A stretch of 64,000 nucleotides of DNA from Lama glama (taxonomy: Eukaryota): positions 98,458,001-98,522,000 of the forward strand of contig CM052817.1 of assembly GCA_028534125.1 (NCBI GenBank), read 5' to 3'. Under the pieces are notes generated by a model. That model was not told the DNA's origin, ran no database searches, and saw only the letters and a list, made by a program, of their open reading frames with translations. The position numbers and the translations under genes are program-made. Below, piece by piece: positions 37,672-50,657 of this stretch. How positions within the stretch are numbered: position 1 is the first letter of the stretch; every line of letters begins with the position of its first letter.

Positions 37672-38624
37672 ATATTAGGATTAATTTCAAAGCACCTAAG
37701 AAGGGAGAGTTCTGCAGACAGAGCAGTAAGACCGAGCATCTGAGGTAGAGAGAGAAAAAGGGGGGAAGTGACAAATCTGCTAGGGATGCCAACCAAGTTA
37801 CAAAACAGACATGGGAGAGGAATTCCCTACCAGGATAAAACTATTAGGGTAAGGCTGACTACAGTATCACAGCGTATGAAAACAGAACTTAAACACTGCT
37901 GGAAGGAAAACAAACATACTGATGTATGATGTACTGATATACATACATCAAAAGGCACAGAGGGCCACAGTTTGTTTTTAACTGATATTCCTATAATACC
38001 TCAATCAGAGGATAGCTCTCTCTCTCCATCCCAGCACAGCTTATATCAATTTCGGCACTCACCATTAACTTCAAAATAGGGCTCAGGAGATGTTTAAGAT
38101 ACCAATGGACAAAAATGAAGACTTAACATGTAGAATGAACAGCATAGATAACAATTCAATATCTCTCACGCTCACAGACATGCACTCACACGTGTAATTC
38201 CAGTACTGGCATCCTCCAGCAAATACCATAATATTCTTTTGGCTATGACAAAGCATTCTCTTAAATATACTACTAAAGATAATTGTAGGAAAATGGAGAA
38301 TTAAGGTCTTCAAGTCCCCAATAATCTCTTTTTCCCAACTTTTATTATACTTAAAGTCAATGCCAAAGATTCTAGCATTTAATTATTCTCCTGTATCAGT
38401 TTTCACTTTCCCAACTAGAGAGGATAGAAATGAACAAAGATGTCTGACACATTTTTGTATGCCTCATGTCACTTAGCATGGGCATGTGGTAATATACTCA
38501 ATAAATAATTATTGACCAATTTCTGGGAGGTTATCAACAAGATGCATTGCTGCATGTCAAAACTGATTTGCCCGTTGCTGCTTCTTACAATATTGAATAT
38601 TCTTTTTTAAAAACTGTTTCAAGA

Positions 38625-39860
38625 TGAAATAGAAAGAATACAGGACTAGGAGTTTGGAAATTTGGTTCTAGTCACAGGTGGTGTAACAAACTAGCTTAAT
38701 CGTCTTGAGCAAGTCACTGAAGCTCCTTTGCTTCCCTTTCATAATGATCGGTTAGAGCAGCTGGCAACTGATATCCTAGTTAGCTCTGAAAGTCTATGTG
38801 ACAAAGTCACATGTAAGGATATAGCAAATCTTTTAAAACCATGTTATTCAAGTCAGGTATTGCAAAATGACAGCTGGAGGGCCAAATATAGACGCCAATA
38901 TAGATTTAGGGGATGTATGATGCTCAAGAAATAAATCAGGGTGTCTAATGGGTGTGCCTTCTCCAGTTTGCCATAGATGTCATTCCTCCCATTGATCCCA
39001 CTGTCTCAGTTACCTGCTGATCTTAGAAGGGTATTTAAGTTTGCAACCCATGATTTAAAGAAATTATAATTCTGTTGTCATTTCAATATCTAGATTGATT
39101 ATCTTGAACATGAAAAATAAAACTACTACTGTAACTAAACAGAATTTTAGAACACACATTGAGAAGGTACTAAGCTTCTGCCAATATCCTGGAAATCTTT
39201 TTCTTTCAGAATGAAATGCAGTGCGGTAACAAAAATACTGAATCTTATATACAAAAAAACAAACAAAAAACAAAACAAAACCCTAGATTTGGTCTTCTCT
39301 TATCCACCAATAAAACCTTTGACCTTGAGTGGTAATTTACTGAGACTCTCTGAACCTCTGCTTTCTTATTCATAAAATGGAGATGGAGTAGTTAGACTAA
39401 ATTGTGTCTGATGGATATTTTATCTCTACGGCTTTGTAGTTCTATGACAACAAGCAATATCATTGTTTTGACCCTATTTCCTAGAACTTCGAGAAAGCCA
39501 TGGTCCTTTAGAAATAAATAAATTTAGATTTATCTAAACTAAAGGGAGGAAAAGATGTTGGAACACACTAGATCAACAGAACCAAAATGCAACAACAGAA
39601 CAGCAAAAGGAGCACTCATTTCCTGACATGTACAACAGCAGTGATAAAGTAATGGCAAAGCCCTCGCTACAACACCATGCCAACATAGCCCAAAGATCCT
39701 TTTGCAGTAATGCAGAACAGTCTAATGGTAACAACATTAGACTATGAATTAAACCACTGTTGTAGTGCTTGCTGTGCCATTTTTTTTGTGATTTTAGCCT
39801 CTTATTTAAACACAATGAGTCTCAAATTCCTCATCTGCAAAAAAAGAGGGAATAATAATG
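38625..39860 (+). mobile_element. Cluster of decayed MIR/MIR3 fragments (about 38625-38800, 39300-39445, 39740-39860)
   Basis: cttgagcaagtcact; ctctgaacctctgctttcttattcataaaatgg; tctcaaattcctcatctgcaaaa. Confidence 0.6.
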
Positions 39861-39949
39861 CTTTGAAACTACAAATATATGTACTTAGAGTTTATGCATG
39901 TTACAACAGACACATATGGTTTGGAAGATAATTGTCTTGAGTTCCTTGA

Positions 39950-40405
39950 TGTTGGAAGAGGCAGTCTGCAAGGGGTCCTGAGCATCTGACAGTTGTATTG
40001 GATGCGAAGAATGCCAGGTTCTGGCTGTCCTTCACTCTTTACCCAGACTGTTTCTCAGGGTTGTGTTTGCAGCAAGCAACCTTGAGGAGTGAGGTAACAC
40101 CTCCTACAGGGAAGAAGAGCACTCTTCCTCTGAAAGCCATAGATTCCCCAAGCTCACATCTCTCAGCTGTAACACAAACCCACGTGTACAGCCTCCACAT
40201 GAGCCCCTCCACATGGCCCCAGGGGACTCGGGGTGAAGGGAACTGATGTGGACATGAAGCTCAGCCTGCATGCTGTCCGTGAGAAATGAAGTCCTTGTCT
40301 CTGACAGGTTCTGATTCTGGGTCTGCAGTCGGATCACATCCATGAAATTGTGGCAGGCTAAATTTTTAGCTTGTAAATAGGAGGAAATCCCAGGCCCTTC
40401 ACAGA
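39950..40405 (+). mobile_element. LTR40b-like (ERVL) solo LTR
   Basis: tttctcagggttgtgtttgcagcaagcaaccttgagg..catccatgaaattgtggcaggcta..ttagcttgtaaatagg..cccttcacag. Confidence 0.8.
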
Positions 40406-43400
40406 CCCTCTTAAGCTGCTCAGTAAATGTACGATTGTTAGATGAATGTAAAATTAGAGTATCTCATATATATGCTATTATCTTTTCTTAGTAGAGATCC
40501 AAGGTAAGTTCATTACCTATTCTTAGTAGAATAAAGAGTCCTATATTTTAATCTAGGGCCAAGAAAAAAAATCTGCCTAGTGTTTGTGATCTCCCTTCTC
40601 CTTGGTTCTCATAAACTGTCATCTGTCAGGTAATTCACTGCACTACCATCAACATCCCATCCTACCAACCACTCCACGTTACTGAAGACAAATGCCAGCA
40701 TCCCACCCCTTTTCTTCTTTCCTCACACAAAAAGTCAGAATTTTTCCCACACATAAAGCTAAGATCTTACAGTCTCACTAAGGTTCTGATTCTGAGCTAA
40801 TTCTAGATCTGCCAAACTAATTATGAAGCAAGTAATTGTGATGTTATCTAGTACCAAAACCCAAAATATATTGCCTTTGTGGAAACTTTGCAAGTGGTAC
40901 TTCTGTGCCTTAATTGCACTTGAAATTGTTACAGAAAATAGGTAGAGCTGAAAAGACTGTAAAATTGCTTAGGATCATAGACAGAAACTTGGAGATTTAA
41001 GTGCCACCTCTACTATATTTTGTCAGGATGTAAATATAATTGCAGGTGCTTAGGAAAAAAAAAAAAGACAAGTATACCAATAAAAATCTTACATTGCTGA
41101 ACACCAGGAAAGCAATAACACTTCTATTATAAGCCATTTTATGTGATAATTGCCTTTTGAGAAACAGGGGTAAGGATATTATCATCAACAGAAAGGCTTT
41201 AAAGAAATGCAAATTCCTGATTAGGATCATTTTCAAGTGAGGTAAACAGCTATTTGTAAATGATTATTTCTTTCTCTGTTTTCTCATCAGCTCTTCTTAG
41301 CTTTCCTCACATTTCATACCATGGTTTGTTTTAGGTAAAATATCTCAAACATCTTGATAGACTTTTTCACTTTGCATTAGGAGTCATATTTTTCCCATGC
41401 TTAGAACTAAGTCTAAACGAAAGGACAAAGGATGCTCATCGAACCACAACTTGCTGCTTGTCCTCAAATGGACTTGGCACACTGTCTGTTGTTGATCTAC
41501 ATAGACTCATCAGGGGTATTAATCACAACACAGAACAGCAATCTGACTCATTTGCAGCCAATCACAAAGCTCTAGGCTGTAAGGCTGACCAGAAGCAGAA
41601 ACCAAGGTGAAACAGAGGATGGAACCTGGCCTCACTCCTAATTAAGACACTTCGGCTGAAAACCTTATTTCCCAGTGTATTTGATGCCAACAACATTTGT
41701 CACAGTTGTTCCCTAGCAGTTTATTAAGCACTTAAGGTTTTATTAAGTCTTTAAAAACACATGATACACAAAACTCTAAAACCAGATAATACACTTGGGC
41801 ACCAATGTAGCTTGAACACATTTACATAAAACTAGAACATTAGTTTTCAGATAACCACCAGGCAAATGCATCCTACTAAGCTTTGGATTCCCCACCGAGC
41901 GTTATGTTTGAATATGATCTGTTGACTGAGGGGAGGTCAGAGAAGAAAGGGAGCCCAGTCAAACCACTAATATTTCCAAGAAAACTGTCTTTTTGCAAAA
42001 GCACTCTGTAACTACTTTACACTGATAGACAACCATCAGCTTTTCTACATCAGCATATATGTCCTCCTGAGTCTTTCAATTCACTAATAAGGTGCCTGGT
42101 ATTTTCAAGTTTATATTATGTTTTCACACAGAAATCTCATTTGGTCCTTGCAGCAATATAGTCAGCAGTTATTTTTATCATGTCCACTTAACCAAATAGG
42201 AAACTGAGGATCCAATATGTCGAATAATTTGGCCAGGACCATGCAGCAAGAGAACCAGACCTTGATTTTTGGTTTTAGCTTCTGTATCTCAGATTCTTTC
42301 CCAAGCAGATGCAGAGAGTGTATTAAGTGTGACACATTTATTAGACTCCCATTGTCATCCACGTACAGACCATCAGTCTGGGCTGTGTTCACAGTGTGCT
42401 ACCTACCCTCTCCAGCCACAGAAGCTGCTCCTGTAAGCAGCACAAATATTTCCTCATGGATAGGATGTTTATATCAGGGCTGCAAACACAGGAATAAACC
42501 TAGGAAGATATGAGATTCACTCCAGGTTCAAGAAAATAAAACTTGGAGGCTAGCCACAAAAGGAGTAAAACCTCTAGTTACAGTGAAAATCAACACTTGA
42601 AAACCATTCCTTTTTCAACAGGAAGAGTGACCCAGATCTGTAGATCTGCATGGTTAAAGTTTCTGTAGGAAATACATGATTAGAGAAGTCACACTCTCTT
42701 TTGATTTTACTGCTGATGCCATAAAACTTTTTCTAAGTGTAATACGCCTGTAAATAAATAAAATCAGCTGCAAAAGGCAGATTTGAAGAAATTGGGGCTC
42801 CAGATATTGTGGGGTTTTTTTCCTTTAAACAAGGCAAAGCACTATGTACAAATTAAAATAAAGCTTCATTTAAAAGCCCAGGCAAAGAAACAACTTGGGC
42901 AGTATAAACCCAAGGCATTAGTAACTCTTGCACTGGGGCCTAGAACTGTAAACATACAATGTCATTGCTAAATTCTAACTACTCACATAACAATTTTATC
43001 TTCAAAACTGTCTAGAAACACCAAAAACACCTTTAAGGCCATTTTGGGCAACTCATTCTTGTTGGCCCAGCAAGGTAATCATGCCCTCCCCTCTCTTCCA
43101 CAACAGTCCATCCTTCCCCATATTCTTGCTGCTCCTTCCACTCAAGGAAACCATCACTCTCCCATTAATGAATGTGGTATTGTTAGAAAGGATTCCCTGG
43201 ATAGAGGCAGGAACAGTTATCACTTTCACAATAAAAAGGAAAAAAAAAAAGCAACTGCTAAAGCTCATCCGAAAGCTAACATTCTAACCTTCAAAATATC
43301 TGTGTAACACTAGGTGTCCTTTCATTTTTACTAGCAAATACATATATTCATTTCCTGAGAATTCTTGAGCTCTCCAATCCATAGCACAATAGGCCCCTCC

Positions 43401-43969
43401 GATGGCATTTCTTTTCTGGGGAACTTTCTAAAATGCATCAGGCCTTTATGGCTTTGGTCAGACAGGAACATGAAAGCAGCACAGTAGTGGAATACATCCC
43501 TGCTGACCCATACACACAATCCGTGCTGAATTCCCTGGCCGCCACCACTCCCTAGCACACTTCGTCTTCATCCAGAAGGTGCCTCTGGGAGGACTTACTG
43601 AAAACAACAGTGCCACCTGGGACCATATTTAGAGAAACCAGGAAAGCATTCAATTGCTACAGGATGCAAATGATAATGGTGTCCAAGAATCTAAGAATGA
43701 TTCTAATCTAAGAATGAGGATGGGCACCTCAAAGGTCACCTTTCTTCTGAAAGATCATAGTTCTTCATGAAAACAGAATAGTCTTCAAAGCAGCAGGGAT
43801 CAGATCAGTTTTCTGAGGCAGACTGAGACACAGAAAAGAAAAGTGACTTGTTCAAGGAAGACAAGAATTAAGGAAAAGATTTCGTACCATTCCCACACTG
43901 TTGGAGCACTTGGGAGACCCTTGATCCTCCAAGCACCCTGGACTGCTCGTAATGCCGCTGAGAAAGAGG

Positions 43970-44200
43970 ATGTAGCCCAGCGCATGAGTGGAAGGAGTGC
44001 AAGGCTTAGAGTCAGAAATACCTCAAATCCTGGTTCTGCCGCTCACCATCCATGCCTGTAGCTTGAGCAGGTCCCTCTCTGAGCCTGAGTTTTCTTATCT
44101 GTGGAACACAACTAACAATCTACCTATCTTGCAAGACTTTGGATAACGCATGGCTTAACAAAGTGCCTCTTAATTAGTAGATGCTCAATATATGATACTT
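43970..44200 (+). mobile_element. MIR (another decayed MIR lies at about 42090-42260, minus strand)
   Basis: ttagagtcaga..tcaaatcctggttctgcc..ctctgagcctgagttttcttatctgt..tagatgctcaata. Confidence 0.75.
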
Positions 44201-44437
44201 CTTAGCCCCTCTGTCCTGGTCTCCACTAATTAGCTTCCAGCAGGATAACAGTGGGAGCATTTTCAGTTTTTTAAAACCAAAATCAGCTTGTAGAGATGGA
44301 TAGAGATTTCCAAACTTTCACTGAGAAATAAGCAAGCAAGGTCTTTATTTACAGAGCTACCACCATGTATCCCAGTCTACTTTTGAATGCTGCTTAAAGG
44401 TCACACTTAGGGTTTAGTGTAGCTGGAGACCAAAAAC

Positions 44438-44565
44438 TTATGAAAATGAATATATGTATACTCATGTATGACTGAAGCATTGTGCTATACACCAGGAATT
44501 GACACAACATTGTAAACTGACTATACTTCAATAAAAAAGTTAAAAAATCAATCAATCAATCAATC
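44438..44565 (+). mobile_element. Short L1 3' tail ending in (ATCA)n
   Basis: tatgaaaatgaatatatgta..tgacacaacattgtaaactgactatacttcaataaaaaa followed by atcaatcaatcaatcaatc. Confidence 0.85.
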
Positions 44566-45114
44566 TTCAGTAGAAACTGCCATCAAATCAATTACATGGG
44601 GACTATTTATGAGCACCTATCAAAACATGTAATGACAACATGTTACATGTCTTCATGAGTGTCTTGACAGTGACTACATGAAACTCTTTTTTGATCCATC
44701 CTAAGTATAGTCAGACTACTCACTGGACTTCTGGAATAGTTTAAAAAATAAAGTGTCTCTAAAACAATGTTTTGACTTATTAAGTGCGACGGAATCAAAA
44801 CCAGATGGATTTGGCAGCGGGCTCCTTCCCCTGGTTCGCAGGCTGCTTCAGAGCAGTGCCAGCTCAGAGAGGGGACGGTCAATGTCACACATTCCACACT
44901 TCAGGCACTAATAGGTCCTTGGCTCCAAGTTTCCCGGTGTTCAGAGGGGATGCCAGAACACACATGCTGTGACAGAAGCATTTTGGAAGCATCCATGCAG
45001 GCCAGAGAAATGAATAACTGCCTTGGGCACTGAGTAGCTCAGGCAACAGCTGTTTCACACCGGACAGTGATTAGGATTGATCTCTTTATTCTGTACAGTA
45101 ACTATCACATTTCA

Positions 45115-45117
<3 letters not shown>

Positions 45118-45159
<42 letters not shown>

Positions 45160-45161
45160 AC
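45118..45161 (+). repeat. (CA)n microsatellite, about 17 perfect units plus an interrupted tail
   Basis: Direct reading of the sequence. Confidence 0.95.
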
Positions 45162-45541
45162 TAGGTCTTCTTAAGATGTAACACAGGGGTCAGGACCTTG
45201 TAACAGAAGTATCCACTCAATGGTACATGAAATAGTTTGAAAAACCACAAGGCTTGCTTAAACCTGGTTAGTAATTTACACACACACTTCCACTCACACC
45301 CCCTTCATTCCACTATTCAATAAGTATTTATAGAATATCTTTCAGGTTCTAAATGAGTCCATCATTCTGCTGTTTAGGCACTGGGGATACAAATGAAACA
45401 AGATATACAATATCTCTGCCCACTAAAGGCTTACTTTCTAGTAGGGAATACACATTAGTACACACACAAACAATCTGATAGGAGATGTTCTTGGAGCTAC
45501 AAGTAGGAGGAATACCTAATGCTTCCCTAAATGTTTGGGGG

Positions 45542-45863
45542 TTTTTGTATATATATGTATTTTTATTGAAGTATAGTCAATTTACAATGTTGTGTCAATT
45601 TTTGGTGTACAGTATAATGCTTCACTCATACATGAACATACATATATTCATTTTCATACTCTTTTTCACCATAAGTTACTACAAGATAATTGAATATAGT
45701 TCCCTGTGCTATACAGAATGAATTTGTTGTTTATCTATTTCATATATATTAGTTAGTATCGGCAAATCTCGAACTCCCAATTTATCCTTTCCGCCCCCTT
45801 CTCCCCGGTAAGCATAAGTTTTCTCTATGTCTGTGAGTCTGTTTCAGTTTTGTAAATAAGTTC
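45542..45863 (-). mobile_element. 5'-truncated L1 3' UTR
   Basis: ttttattgaagtatagtcaatttacaatgttgtgtc..ctcccaatttatcc..tctgtgagtctgtttc. Confidence 0.9.
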
Positions 45864-46319
45864 TGTCCACTCATCCTGGAAGACTGTTGAGGTCTCATGA
45901 AACTACTGCACAAAGCATCCTTACAATGCCTGCTTAATCAGTATCTCTGTAGTAGAAAGTTATGAAGAAGGGTTTTTGTCTTAAAACAATTTTTGACCTA
46001 AAATATAACTTATCCTGGTAAGTTCCAGTACAAATCAACTGATTAGGGCAAGGTACAAATAAGTGACCTCATCAGAGGAAATGGGAAAGAAGTTTATAAA
46101 GACATTGAGTGGTCAGGGCTTGCTAATAGCTACTACTGTAGCTGGCAAAATAAGCAATATTAACTGGTTGATAACAGGATTATTGTCTCCTGAACTTCCA
46201 CTAAAATGAAAGAAAATTATAGAAGCTAAAACATATGTTCTTATAAATATAAGAATGTTTCTGCTTAATATAACAGGTCCTGCTTTTTTCTACTGATCCC
46301 TGCCCTCACAAAAAGATGA

Positions 46320-46772
46320 CGTGTCTGGGATTGCCTGTCCCATGCAGCTCCCCCGCCCCCAGATCACTCTCATTTATAAGCTCTGCTGTGACATTGGGCC
46401 TAAATGGCCATGATGGCCTATCACATCACTCCTGTCCTGACTGTGGTTTTGGGATCACCTAACCCAACCTAGGCCCATCATATCCCTCTTCCAGAAATAT
46501 GAGCACTAAGAAACTAAGTTAGATGTTGTCTTAGGACTTGAGGCACCCATGTTGGTTTGTATATAAGATGAGAAGAAGAGAAGATGAGAAAGAAGAGGAA
46601 AGCAGTCCTACCCAGAGAAGCAGGATGAGAGACCTTGGTCCCTGGGGGATTTCAGATCTTATGAGGCCCCACTGTGGTTTATGTTCCCATTCTTTGCATT
46701 TAACAAGGTATGAAACTAAAAATAGGTTATCTTTACCTGCTTGGATCTTTGTCCTCTGCACCCCACAAACAT
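46320..46772 (+). mobile_element. Old ERVL LTR (LTR33-like)
   Basis: cacctaacccaacctaggcccatca..gagaagcaggatgagagac..tttgtcctctgcacccca. Confidence 0.45.
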
Positions 46773-47001
46773 ATGAGGACAAATGCAGTTGCTGATTAAA
46801 AAACTGACTGAAAGTGATCTACTTTCATCACTTTTCCTCCATTCTGATAATCAATTTTTTCTCTGAATTCATTCAGAAACATTTATTGAATATCTGTCAG
46901 GCTGAGGTATGGGTTATATAAAGTTGAAAGAAACTATTGTCTTTCCTCAAGGAACCTTCCGTGTTCATGTTCATACCTTAATCTTCTTCACTACCAGTGC
47001 A

Positions 47002-47232
47002 TTTTTTTTCCTTTCCTTATTTTCTTTTATACACACACACACACACATATACACACACATATATATTTACTGAAATATAGTCAGTTTACAATGTTGTGTC
47101 AATTTTTGATGTACAGCATAATGCTTCAGTCATACATAAACATATATTCGTTTTGATATTCTTCTTCACCATAAGTTACTACAAGGTATTGAATATGGTT
47201 CCTTGTGCTATAGAGTATAAACTTGTTGTTTA
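47002..47232 (-). mobile_element. Short L1 3' end with a microsatellite-containing tail and exact TSD
   Basis: TSD taccagtgca at 46992-47001 and 47233-47242; L1 3' UTR from about 47066. Confidence 0.88.
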
Positions 47233-47279
47233 TACCAGTGCAATCTGATGAATCAATTTGAAGCATCCTTCTCTCTAAT

Positions 47280-48290
47280 CACCACCCTCTATATTCAATC
47301 CCCATCAACAACAATTTTTGACCTGTAATTCATTGATACCACCAGGTTTTCACTCTTCCTTGCCACTTTCATATCTTCAGCCAGCTTACATTCCAAAGTC
47401 AATCCTTATGATCACTCTCATAGACTCCCAACTCCCCTGCCCATCCTCATTTTGTCATCTTCATTTGAGAAAACACAAGACCCTAGTCGAATCTAAGTCT
47501 ATACCTATTCGATGGTATTTGTACCCTGAATAATTGAGGTGATGGGAGAAACAAAGCCATGACTGGTCTCATTTCACATTCATTCACACAAACCTAAGTG
47601 GACCTTAAGGCTATCCAGTAATCACAGCACAACTCCTTAGTCTATTTCCTCTCCCCTATTTCACATTTTCTACTCTCTCTTCAAACTTCCACTTCCCCTC
47701 TGACCTCACTTTCAGTTGATATCCTTGTTTTCAATTTTACTGGGAAAACAAAAGCAATCAAAAGAGACTGCCAAAGCTGCCCTCCTGACAGCATCTGTCT
47801 CCATACCCCCTGGATGCCCACTCATCACTGCAGGTGAAAATAATCCATGCTCCTATCCAAGGCAGCGCTCTTCCTATATAACAGTTCTTGCCCATATTTG
47901 CCCTCTCAAGGACATTGCCCTGGCAATTATCCCATTTCCTGTCTTCATTAGTGATTTTTCCCTCCCTTCTCGATTGTTCTGATCAGAAATGTTGTCATTT
48001 CCCCATCTTAAACAAAAAACCTACTCTCTCTTGATCTCACCTCCCCCAGCAAGCAAGCACCCAATTTCTGTGTCCCCCTTTAAAACTCCTTGAAATAGTT
48101 CTTACACTTGTTGTCTAATTTCTCTCCACCTGTGCTCTTTGTAATTGGCCCCTCTACTAAACCAGCAGGTGCTGAGGTCATCATTGACCTCTATATTGCT
48201 ATATTCAATGTCAAATTTCAGTCCTCGTCTTACTTGATCTATAAACACAATTCAGCACAGTTGATCAACCACTCACTCTATAACACTGAC
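47280..48290 (+). mobile_element. L2 internal fragment
   Basis: Pyrimidine-rich L2 ORF2 remnant (ctcaaggacattgccc..tcagtcctcgtcttacttgatct..agcacagttgatca). Confidence 0.65.
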
Positions 48291-49586
48291 AAATAGTCAC
48301 AACATTAAAAAAATCCAGAAAAATAGCAATGTCTTTGTTAATTAACTACCAGATACACCTTTACAATACTTTTTTCCTAATTTTTGGCTATATACTCTTT
48401 AGTTACTCTTCGTGCAACAAAAATTTCAAATTTTCCATAAAAAAGAATAGAAAGATAATTGTCTTTCTTCTATCATGGTCGTTCAATTTTTTAAGAAACA
48501 TTCATATTTGGGATGCATAAAACACACAACTTCCCCTCCTTTACCCTATAGGCCCAAGGAACATTGAGAGATTTTAGAAAAAAGGGAGTGTAGGATTTGC
48601 ATTTTACAACAGTCACTCTGGCATAACTTTGTTTAAAAAATAAGTCAGGTTTAGACCAGAGGCAGAGGTCAAGTTAGGGGAGCACATTAATAATACAGGC
48701 TCAAAATGACAAAAGACTTTCTTATACTGGAAATGGGGTTACTGTCTTAACATTCTTTAGCTTATGTGGACACCAATGAAAGAACTCCATTTTAAAATTA
48801 ATAAAAAAGAGAAGTCATTTAAGTCAGCTTCTGCTGACATTTGTATATAAATATACAGCCATCTCAGAAAGGTACTGTCTTAGAAAGATAACTAAGATCT
48901 TAATAAGAAATTCAGCTTCAAATGTTTAAAGTTAACTTTACTTGATTTAGGAATTAAGATGTGATGATCAGATCTGTGCATGGGAAACATTAATACAAAT
49001 GTTAGTGGTTGTGTTTGACCAACTTCCACACAGTAGGGCAGAAATAGTTGTGGGCCCTTGGCTACAAGGTATAATACACTAAGAGGAAGGAAGCATTCCA
49101 TGCTTGCACTTTCTTTAAGGTTCCAAAGTGCCTAGCATTGCTGGGAGGAAATTACACGCCACTCAGTGAAAGATTTAATTATCTTAATATCCAGTTTATG
49201 GCTGTTCCTTCTCCAAGCCTCCAAAGCTATGTAAACCTCAGACTCTAGGCAAATCCCACAAGTCAGTAACATGGTGGCCTCTGATGACAGGAATTCCTAT
49301 CACTGAGCAGCACACATATGTTCATTCTCTCTCTTAGTTCAGATATACAGGAGACATGAGGGCACAGCTAGGAAGAACGGCTCATGGCTTTAGTTCTTGA
49401 GAAGGCCTGACTCACCCCACCCAATTCCTCACTCTGATTAGTGGAGTCAGGCTGGGCTTGGGCCCTCTGGAGAGTCCCCAGACTGCCAGCACGGAGCAAG
49501 CACATACTCTCCGCTGCACTATTTATAACAAGGAAAAATATTTTTTAAATGATATTTGGACTTGAAACCTAGTTTTAGAAGTATGC

Positions 49587-50048
49587 TCTATTAGTTTTCT
49601 ATGCCTATCAAAACAAATTACCCAAAATTTAGTGGTCTGAACCAACAGAAATTTATTCTCTTTCAGTTCTGAAGGACAGAAGTCCAAGATCAAGGTGTCA
49701 GCGGGGCTATGCCGCCTTCAGAGGCTCTGCAGGTAAATTCCACGCCTTTTCCAGCTTCTGGTGGCTGCCCACAGTCCTTGGCTTGTGGACACATCATCCC
49801 AATCCTGCCTCTGCAGTTACATTGTGTCTCCTCTCCAGTATGTCTGTAATTTCCCTCTGGCTTTCTCTTATAAAGACATTTGTGATTGCATCTAGGGCCC
49901 ACTGGAATAATCTAGCATAATCTCTTTAGCTCAAGATCCTTAACCTGATCATATCTGCAGAGATCCTTTTTTCCAAATAAGGTAACATTTACAGGTTTTA
50001 GGAATTAGGAGCTGATATCTTTAGGTGGCCATTAGTCAGCCTATTACA
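49587..50048 (-). mobile_element. MLT1C/D-type MaLR solo LTR
   Basis: acaaattacccaaaatttagtgg..aagtccaagatcaaggtgtcagc..ccagcttctggtggctgc..tcaagatccttaac..tcagcctattaca. Confidence 0.88.
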
Positions 50049-50269
50049 CACACTTTCAGTGAAATTTTTCCTACAATAACTAGATAAGGAAGGTGTTTCC
50101 ATTAGACAACAACTGAAAACCAACAGAAAACCAAATTAAAGAAACAATAGAAACAAATGAGTACGAAAACTGAGATCGGAATCTAGGGAGTGAAACTCCT
50201 ATGTTCCAAGCCACTAAGCTATGCTGCTTTCTCAAAAAGGAGAATTCACAAATTCATATAAACTAAAAA

Positions 50270-50657
50270 ATCCAGATAGCATCTGTCTTCAACAAAGCTT
50301 GGGTTAGAGGCTCAAATTATGTCATCCCTTAATTTCTCTGCATCATTCAACTCTCTCTTTCATGTTGGCTTTATTCTAGAATTCCCTGCTATGTTTTCTG
50401 GTACCTCCAAACTCATATCACCTTTGCTGGTTTAAACCCAATCACTCCACACATCACTGTGGCCAGGAGAATGAGCTCTTCTCATTGGCTGTGCCTGAAC
50501 CACATGCCAGCCCTGGAGCCAACGGGTGGGGTGACAGCTCTTCGCAAACTGCACAAACTTATAGCCGAAAGAGCACTTCTGCGAAGTCAAATCAGAGTGC
50601 TGTTACCAAAGGTCGGGTTAAACGATGCTGAAAAGCCAAAAACAACAAATGTCCACC
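50270..50657 (-). mobile_element. Old MLT1 (K/L-type) LTR
   Basis: tctcattggc..cacatgcc..atcagagtgctgttaccaaa..aaaaacaacaaatgtccac. Confidence 0.6.

Noticed and set aside
33491..40405. Two co-oriented LTR40-family LTRs about 6.4 kb apart as the ends of one provirus
   Set aside because: The two LTRs differ like separate subfamilies. The intervening DNA shows no gag/pol remnants, only unique sequence, MER58A, MIRs and an L1 tail. Two solo LTRs are more likely.
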